This document shows, piece after piece, positions 58,654 through 64,000 of a DNA stretch of 64,000 nucleotides. Made by a program: the position numbers and the translations under genes. The DNA comes from an uncultured Bacteroidales bacterium (GTDB taxonomy: Bacteria; Bacteroidota; Bacteroidia; Bacteroidales; CAIXZF01): positions 6,974-70,973 of the forward strand of contig CAZSDK010000020.1 of NCBI GenBank assembly GCA_964605655.1, given 5' to 3'. The notes beneath the pieces were generated by a model. That model was not told where the DNA came from. It did no database searches and was given only the letters and a program-made list of their open reading frames with translations. The stretch's first letter is position 1, and each line of letters opens with the position of its first letter.

Positions 58654-59874
58654 TTAATGCAAAGAGTGGTTCTTTTCATATTCGTAAATTACTTTACCAA
58701 GTTCTCTTAAAAATGGCAGTCCAACCTGATCCAGTTCGTAGACACCGTCTCCCACGATGCCGTCTTTATTGACATATATTACACAGCTGAGAAAAAACTC
58801 CACCCGGTTGCAGGCATCGTGAAAATAGGCTGCATCCACCAGAAAGCCATAGGCCTGGCCCACTATATTCATGATTTTAAGGTCAGGACGGATGATGGCT
58901 GCCGTGTCACTGCCATAATACAGATAATTGGTCATGGCTTCATAATACGTGCTGTCCGAACGGATGGAGGCCAGATCGGACTGTGAGGGCAGGCAAGCCA
59001 GTACCTCCTTCAAATATTGGCGGTCCTGTTTGGTGAGACGCAGCTTGGTGTTGAAGTTCTCAGGATACATGATCTTTTGAAGGAGATCATGGGTCACATC
59101 GAGCGGCAGGCAATTCTTTTCTGAAAAATCTTTAGGATGGTGAAGTAGTTTCCCCCCTTCCATACAGGCGTCTCCGACTTTCATGTTTTTCAATGGGGGA
59201 CGGTAGGTTGTTGCATTGAAGCTGGGAGGCTGGTAATGGAGCTTTTTCCCTGCATTGCTGAAGAACGTAAAAGAGTTCGTATACCTGTTTTCTTCGGTGT
59301 TACACCTGTTGAAGCGGATCAGGACTCTGGCATCGCGGTATCCCAGTTCTCTGAATCTCTGGTTAATAGTTTGCTGTCCAAGGAACTCGTATAAGCGGTT
59401 ATACGCATCGTTGTTGCTCACGATCAAGGCTTTTTTCATATAGCTGTCTAGGGTAGGGACGGAGTCCCTGGCCGTTGGATCAATGGTCACCGCTTCCTGG
59501 CAGGAATGCCCGGCACCGATTTTAAGACGGGTATCTTTGGTGATTCCTTTTTTGTTCAGCGAGTTCAGTTTTTCCAGAGTAAATAAGGCAAGAGGGAGTT
59601 TAACCGTACTCGCGGGATTAAAATACTCCCCAGGACGATAACGGAAAGTATGGGTTACCAGGCTGGTCGAGGTATCGTTGTGGTGGACGATCCTGGTATA
59701 CAGGATCTGAAGCCGGAATTCATCGGCATGCCCGGCTACTTCTGAAAGGAAGGGAGAGTCAGAGAGAATTTCCCGGAGAAGCGATGAGTCAGCACCGGAA
59801 TAGAGGTGCTGGGTTCTCGCTGTAAGGCCCAGTAAGAATCCAAGGATCAACAGTATGGACCATCTCCGGCACAT
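58654..59874 (-). CDS. Class A beta-lactamase-fold serine hydrolase (secreted)
   Basis: S-x-x-K motif (PASTVKLPLA) and S-x-N motif (IVSNNDAYNRL). I place the start at Met 59874 (MCRRWSILLILGFLLGL, a signal peptide). The longer track ORF (to 60072) would overlap the upstream gene. Confidence 0.7.
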   Translation of the reverse strand: MCRRWSILLILGFLLGLTARTQHLYSGADSSLLREILSDSPFLSEVAGHADEFRLQILYTRIVHHNDTSTSLVTHTFRYRPGEYFNPASTVKLPLALFTLEKLNSLNKKGITKDTRLKIGAGHSCQEAVTIDPTARDSVPTLDSYMKKALIVSNNDAYNRLYEFLGQQTINQRFRELGYRDARVLIRFNRCNTEENRYTNSFTFFSNAGKKLHYQPPSFNATTYRPPLKNMKVGDACMEGGKLLHHPKDFSEKNCLPLDVTHDLLQKIMYPENFNTKLRLTKQDRQYLKEVLACLPSQSDLASIRSDSTYYEAMTNYLYYGSDTAAIIRPDLKIMNIVGQAYGFLVDAAYFHDACNRVEFFLSCVIYVNKDGIVGDGVYELDQVGLPFLRELGKVIYEYEKNHSLH

Positions 59875-59885
59875 GGAAAGTGACC

Positions 59886-61091
59886 CTAGGGTTTTCTGGT
59901 GATTACCATCTGGTTCTGGCCTTTGGTCATCCAGTGATACCCCAGTGAAAAGGGCAGGGATCCGCGGTAATGGCTGGAATCGGCATAGGCGGCTGCCAGG
60001 TCTTTTTGGTAGAAATTCCTGCTGAAATCTTCCACAGGCAGGAGATAAACTCCATACAGTTCCACCTTCCATTCTTTCTCTGTGAAATACCTGAATGGTA
60101 TTCCTGTGTCGTCCTGAACAAGGAATCGGGATTTCTCAAGGACCAGCTTCCTCATTTTTGTGAACGAACGAAAGGAAAGAAGGTACGACCCTGCTTTAAT
60201 GAAGGTATTGACCTGAGGCAGTTGCTCAACATACCTGAAAATACCCGGGTTCAGGGTTTGTCCTTTTTCCGAAAGGTCACAGGAAAAATACCTCAGTATC
60301 TGTATTTTGGAAGTGGCCTGGTTTCTCATGGTGATCTGAACCCCCTTAACCGGGGTGTTCCCTTTCCATGGCTTCCATTCGGCAAGGGTCACCTGACCTG
60401 AGGAGTCCAGGCTCACCTGCTGCACGGCAATCACTTCATGACCCGTCCGTGCCACCGACCAGAGCAACATCGGGAGCATTCCTGAAAGCTGCGCCTTGTA
60501 CCTGGTGTCAAGATGCATGTTCTTGGTCATGAAATAGCTTTTGGAATAGATGTCCCTGAAGGCATAATCCACTGCTGAGAGATAACCATTGATCTCTGCC
60601 GGCTTCATCAGGGAAAAGTCCGGTATGGAACCCACCTTTTCGAGGGCCATCAGATGGTATACCGAAGCATTGGGATACATCCAGGCAGCATGAAGAAAAT
60701 CCCCTCCTGACAAAGGATAGAGGCAGGGGAGGGTATCATTTTGTTGGTTCCTGATCATGTTACTGTCGTTCCACTTCCTTATGGGCAGAAGCCTGGAGGT
60801 CTCTATGGCTGAGACTTTTCGGCCCACTTCAGAACAATAGTTCCTCAGAAAGACCTTGTCCATGTATCCCGTCAGGTGGTTATCAGAGGAGTCCATCCCT
60901 GAAAGAACTCTCGCGTAATCATTACTGACACTGTCGATGGGCAAGGTCCCCTTTGTGCTTAAACCCATGGAATCAGTCTCGTTTGTGACTACGGACTGTG
61001 TCGACTCCATGGGACGTTTGAAATCAGAACAAGAAATAATGAGACCCCAGAGAATAAAAAGGAATAGTGGCAGAGAATTTCGTTTAGACAT
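59886..61091 (-). CDS. Hypothetical lipoprotein (first gene of the CotH cluster)
   Basis: A start at Met 61091 gives a lipobox (MSKRNSLPLFLFILWGLIISCS). I recognise no family. It ends 11 nt before the next gene. Confidence 0.6.
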   Translation of the reverse strand: MSKRNSLPLFLFILWGLIISCSDFKRPMESTQSVVTNETDSMGLSTKGTLPIDSVSNDYARVLSGMDSSDNHLTGYMDKVFLRNYCSEVGRKVSAIETSRLLPIRKWNDSNMIRNQQNDTLPCLYPLSGGDFLHAAWMYPNASVYHLMALEKVGSIPDFSLMKPAEINGYLSAVDYAFRDIYSKSYFMTKNMHLDTRYKAQLSGMLPMLLWSVARTGHEVIAVQQVSLDSSGQVTLAEWKPWKGNTPVKGVQITMRNQATSKIQILRYFSCDLSEKGQTLNPGIFRYVEQLPQVNTFIKAGSYLLSFRSFTKMRKLVLEKSRFLVQDDTGIPFRYFTEKEWKVELYGVYLLPVEDFSRNFYQKDLAAAYADSSHYRGSLPFSLGYHWMTKGQNQMVITRKP

Positions 61092-61153
61092 AGTATTGTT
61101 TCTTTTCGTAAAGGAATCGGATCGATGAAGCCGGTCCATCATCCAAAGTGATG

Positions 61154-61161
61154 CAAAAATA
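61154..61161 (-). promoter_or_regulatory. -7 promoter box (minus-strand tatttttg) upstream of the CotH-cluster operon
   Basis: Plus-strand caaaaata, about 63 nt upstream of ATG 61091. Confidence 0.4.
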
Positions 61162-61269
61162 GAGGATTCAATTGAAAAAGACCGAAATGATGATACAGGA
61201 GTGAAGGGATGCTGTGCAGGTGCTTGTCATTGTTTTTCAATATAACTTGCAATAGGAGCTTAATTTAAC

Positions 61270-61277
61270 TATTTTTG
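61270..61277 (+). promoter_or_regulatory. -7 promoter box TAnnTTTG (tatttttg) for 61294..63003
   Basis: Exact consensus match 17 nt upstream of the ATG. Confidence 0.5.
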
Positions 61278-61293
61278 CTATAAGAACCTTACT

Positions 61294-63003
61294 ATGAGAG
61301 CCGTTCTGGTCATAGGGATTTTATTCCAGGTGTTATTTTTATGTCCCGAAGGGCGATGCCAGTGTTCCTGCACTGCCTCTTCCGACACCACCATCTGCAA
61401 AGGGACCAAAGCCTTCCTTAACGTCACCGCACCTTACCTGATCTTCGGATATCAATGGAGTCCGGCCTATGGCCTGAATGCCGCATACTATCAGAACCCT
61501 GCTGCCATGCCGGCGGTCACGACCACCTATACCGTAAGCGTCAGTACGCTGATCGATTCAAACCTCATCATCAACGGTGATTTTGAGGATGGGAATACAG
61601 GCTTTACGAGCAACTACATCTACAATCCGACCAGTGTCTGGAATGAAGGTACCTATGCAGTCACTACCAATCCCCAGTCGGTCCACTCCAATTTTTCTCC
61701 CTGTCCCGATCATACCAGCGGCACCGGAAAGATGATGGTCGTCAATGGAGCTGCACTGGCTAATACTTCCATCTGGTGTGAAACAGTTACCGTCTTGCCG
61801 AATACCCTGTACGCTTTTTCAACCTGGCTGTGTTCGGTCCATCCTGTTAACCCGGCGGTATTGCAGTTCTCCATCAACGGGGTGGTGCTGGGTTCCCCCT
61901 TCTCGGCTACAGCAACCACCTGTCAGTGGCTGCAGTTTTATGAGGTCTGGAATTCCGGGACAGCGACCTCGGCCAATATTTGCATCGTGAACCAGAATAC
62001 CTCCTTGGACGGCAATGATTTCGCCCTCGACGATATATCATTCAAGCCCTTTTGTGTTGCAGTCGACAGCGTGACGGTGTTTGTCGATCATGTTTTTGCT
62101 GATGCAGGTCCCGACACGGCAGTCTGCCGCGGAGATTCCGTCAGGCTTCATGCTTCCGGCGGCACGGGCTATCACTGGGACTCTGGTCATAATACACAGA
62201 TTGTGAATTTATTACCTGCAACCGACACCATCTATTTTGTGACGGTGACGGATTATCTGGGCTGCAAAGGAGAAGACAGTGTCAGGGTGTCTCTTTTGCC
62301 TATACCTCAGGTCGAAGCCGGCCCTGACCAGCAGATTTGCCGTGGTGATACTGCCGTTCTCACGGCGAGCGGAGGAGTGAGCTACACCTGGACCAATGGT
62401 GCCCTGACCCAGACCACTGTAGTAAGCCCCCCGCTGACGAGCAGCTACTATGTTACAGCCGTTGACACCAACGGTTGCGAAAACTACGACAGCCTCTGGG
62501 TCAGGATAAGGCCCAATCCTGTCATCAGCCTGGGCGGCGACACAGAGATCTGTCCTGACTCCGCTGCCTCACTTACCGCATCCGGTGCGATGTCGTATTC
62601 CTGGCAACCCTGGGAATTCCTTTCTGATTCCACCGGGCAAACCGTCAATGCCACCATCCAGGACAATACCACCTTTGCCGTTGTCGGCACCGATGAATAT
62701 GGTTGCAGGGATACGTCGTACATTACCGTTGAGGTGACCGAATGCGGGCTCGAGATCCCAAATGTTTTTACTCCCAATGATGACATGACCAACGATCTCT
62801 TTCACATCGATTACAAGGGAAAGAAAAAGTACCTGTTGAAGGTTTATAACCGTTGGGGACGCCTGCTTTTTGAAACGGAGGATAAAAACAGTTTCTGGGA
62901 TGGGAAATGCAGTGGTTCTCCCGTTCCCGACGGAGTGTACTTCTATATCCTGACACTGGATAAGGATCATTACCAGGGGGCAGTGACAGTGATCCGTGAT
63001 TGA
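61294..63003 (+). CDS. Secreted protein with a CBM-like module, four Cys-containing Ig-like repeats and a T9SS type B (gliding motility-associated, CHU_C-like) C-terminal domain
   Basis: NLIINGDFEDGNTGF (CBM4/9-like start). Repeats are of the form AGPD..(V/I)C.GD...L.ASGG..Y.W. C-terminal IPNVFTPNDDMTNDLFHIDYKGKKKYLLKVYNRWGRLLFETEDKNSFWDGKCSGSPVPDGVYFYIL. Confidence 0.8.
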   Translation: MRAVLVIGILFQVLFLCPEGRCQCSCTASSDTTICKGTKAFLNVTAPYLIFGYQWSPAYGLNAAYYQNPAAMPAVTTTYTVSVSTLIDSNLIINGDFEDGNTGFTSNYIYNPTSVWNEGTYAVTTNPQSVHSNFSPCPDHTSGTGKMMVVNGAALANTSIWCETVTVLPNTLYAFSTWLCSVHPVNPAVLQFSINGVVLGSPFSATATTCQWLQFYEVWNSGTATSANICIVNQNTSLDGNDFALDDISFKPFCVAVDSVTVFVDHVFADAGPDTAVCRGDSVRLHASGGTGYHWDSGHNTQIVNLLPATDTIYFVTVTDYLGCKGEDSVRVSLLPIPQVEAGPDQQICRGDTAVLTASGGVSYTWTNGALTQTTVVSPPLTSSYYVTAVDTNGCENYDSLWVRIRPNPVISLGGDTEICPDSAASLTASGAMSYSWQPWEFLSDSTGQTVNATIQDNTTFAVVGTDEYGCRDTSYITVEVTECGLEIPNVFTPNDDMTNDLFHIDYKGKKKYLLKVYNRWGRLLFETEDKNSFWDGKCSGSPVPDGVYFYILTLDKDHYQGAVTVIRD

Positions 63004-63075
63004 CCGCTCACAAAGAAATTGTAATTTTTTGTATATTCAGATAAAATTCATATCTTGCCCGCTTATTCCTGAACT

Positions 63076-64000
63076 ATGGCGAAAAAAGTAAATATCATTG
63101 GCGCCGGTATTGCCGGCCTATCGGCAGGATGCTACCTTCAAATGAATGGTTTCGAGACGGAGATCTTTGAGTTGCATAACCTACCCGGCGGCTTATGCAC
63201 TTCGTGGACCAAGGACCAGTATACCATCGACGGATGTCTTCACTGGCTGGTAGGATCTTCTCCCTCCGATCCCTTTTATTCTCTCTGGAGTGAGCTTGTG
63301 GACATGACAAAGCTCAGCTTTTTCGACCACGAGGAGTATTTCCGGGTAGAGGACGAAAAAGGCAGGGTCATCAGGGTGTTTACCGATATGGGGAGACTGG
63401 AGAAGGAGATGCTTGAGAAGGCCCCGGAGGACCAGGAACTGATCATGGAATTTGTCCAGGCCGTGAAGAAGCTGGACAAGATGCATCTGCCCATGGGAAA
63501 GCCGCAGGAATTGATGAACCTGTTCGAGCTCACCGGTATGATGGTGAACTTCATGCCCTTTTTTGGATTCATCAATAAGTGGAATAAGATCAATGCAGGA
63601 GAATATTCGGAGAAATTCAGCAACCCCTTATTGAAGAAGATGTTCGAATTTGCTTTCCTGCCGGAGATGTCGATGTTCTTTGTGCTGTTTGTTTTTGTCT
63701 GGTTGAACCGGCGCAGCGCGGGATACCCCCTCGGAGGGTCGTTGAAGTTCTCCAGGGAGATAGAAAAACGGTATCTTGATCTAGGCGGAAAAGTAAACTA
63801 TCACCACAGGATCCAAAAGATCAATACCCGTCAGAAAGGTGACAGGCAGGAAGCCTGTGGTGTCACTACTTCGGATGGAAAGACCTTTGAGTCCGATTAT
63901 GTGATTTCGGCTGCTGACGGCTATTCAACCATCTTTGAAATGTTGGGTGGAAAGTTCCTGAATGAAAAGATTAAGTTTTATTACAGAAAGTACCCCATTT
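63076..64000 (+). CDS. NAD(P)/FAD-dependent oxidoreductase, phytoene desaturase (CrtI)-like, 3'-truncated by the window edge
   Basis: It is absent from the ORF track because it has no stop in the window. Hand translation from ATG 63076: MAKKVNIIGAGIAGLSAGCYLQMNGFETEIFELHNLPGGLCTSW..., a Rossmann GxGxxG fold. The frame stays open to position 64000. Confidence 0.8.
   Translation, partial: MAKKVNIIGAGIAGLSAGCYLQMNGFETEIFELHNLPGGLCTSWTKDQYTIDGCLHWLVGSSPSDPFYSLWSELVDMTKLSFFDHEEYFRVEDEKGRVIRVFTDMGRLEKEMLEKAPEDQELIMEFVQAVKKLDKMHLPMGKPQELMNLFELTGMMVNFMPFFGFINKWNKINAGEYSEKFSNPLLKKMFEFAFLPEMSMFFVLFVFVWLNRRSAGYPLGGSLKFSREIEKRYLDLGGKVNYHHRIQKINTRQKGDRQEACGVTTSDGKTFESDYVISAADGYSTIFEMLGGKFLNEKIKFYYRKYPI

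Noticed and set aside
63095-63623. Three overlapping minus-strand ORFs (71, 97 and 115 aa)
   Set aside because: They are antisense to the edge-truncated CrtI-like oxidoreductase, which has a clear Rossmann GxGxxG N-terminus.
1-64000. Search for tRNA, rRNA and tmRNA genes, prophage or integrase genes, restriction-modification, toxin-antitoxin or other canonical defence modules
   Set aside because: I saw no T-loop/acceptor-type tRNA signatures and no rRNA-like stretches. No ORF has recognisable integrase, Cas, methyltransferase-restriction, or abortive-infection motifs. The only methyltransferase (51088..51930) is a stand-alone small-molecule or protein-type class I enzyme.

Overview
The window looks like chromosomal DNA from a Bacteroidota bacterium. 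By eye the GC content is about 48-50%. The phylum call rests on several type IX secretion system (T9SS) genes and cargo, gldJ, and repeated exact matches to the Bacteroidetes -7 promoter box TAnnTTTG. All domain and family calls come from motif recognition in the supplied translations; no searches were run.

Gene content, left to right:
- Two tandem paralogs of a giant (about 1855 aa) multidomain T9SS surface protein. The left copy runs off the window edge and is missing from the ORF track.
- An exbB-exbD-tonB-folC operon.
- An ECF sigma / anti-sigma / 2x Spy-like envelope-stress module.
- anmK-murF-gldJ-porP/sprF, divergent from porU-porV-ispF (T9SS core).
- Housekeeping genes: aminotransferase, aspS, GNAT, purF, arginase-family, topA, miaB, ansA, GT9, tatD, sdhBA, photolyase, methyltransferase, DUF2461.
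- Three more T9SS cargo genes.
- An edge-truncated phytoene-desaturase-like oxidoreductase.

Main candidate for an undescribed system (52.8-61.1 kb): a tightly packed cluster of genes that all appear extracytoplasmic. It contains a lipoprotein, a class-A beta-lactamase-fold hydrolase, a CotH kinase with a lamin-tail domain, a PTP-fold protein with a C-X5-Q variant plus LysM, and a NAGPA/DUF2233 phosphodiester glycosidase. A GDPD-LysM gene converges on it.

Other notable observations:
- Two dispersed mosaic repeat islands (15.87-16.33 kb and 46.30-46.84 kb) built from heptad arrays, G-quadruplex-type tracts and a shared roughly 45-bp core.
- sdhA-sdhB has its own promoter but no adjacent cytochrome b gene. 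It sits next to 1.2 kb of non-coding DNA, a possible IS remnant and a low-GC T9SS cargo gene.
- A 39-bp tandem palindromic repeat lies between convergent genes.
- A nested REP-like palindrome lies upstream of miaB.

I recognised no rRNA or tRNA genes, CRISPR arrays, intact mobile elements or canonical defence genes.
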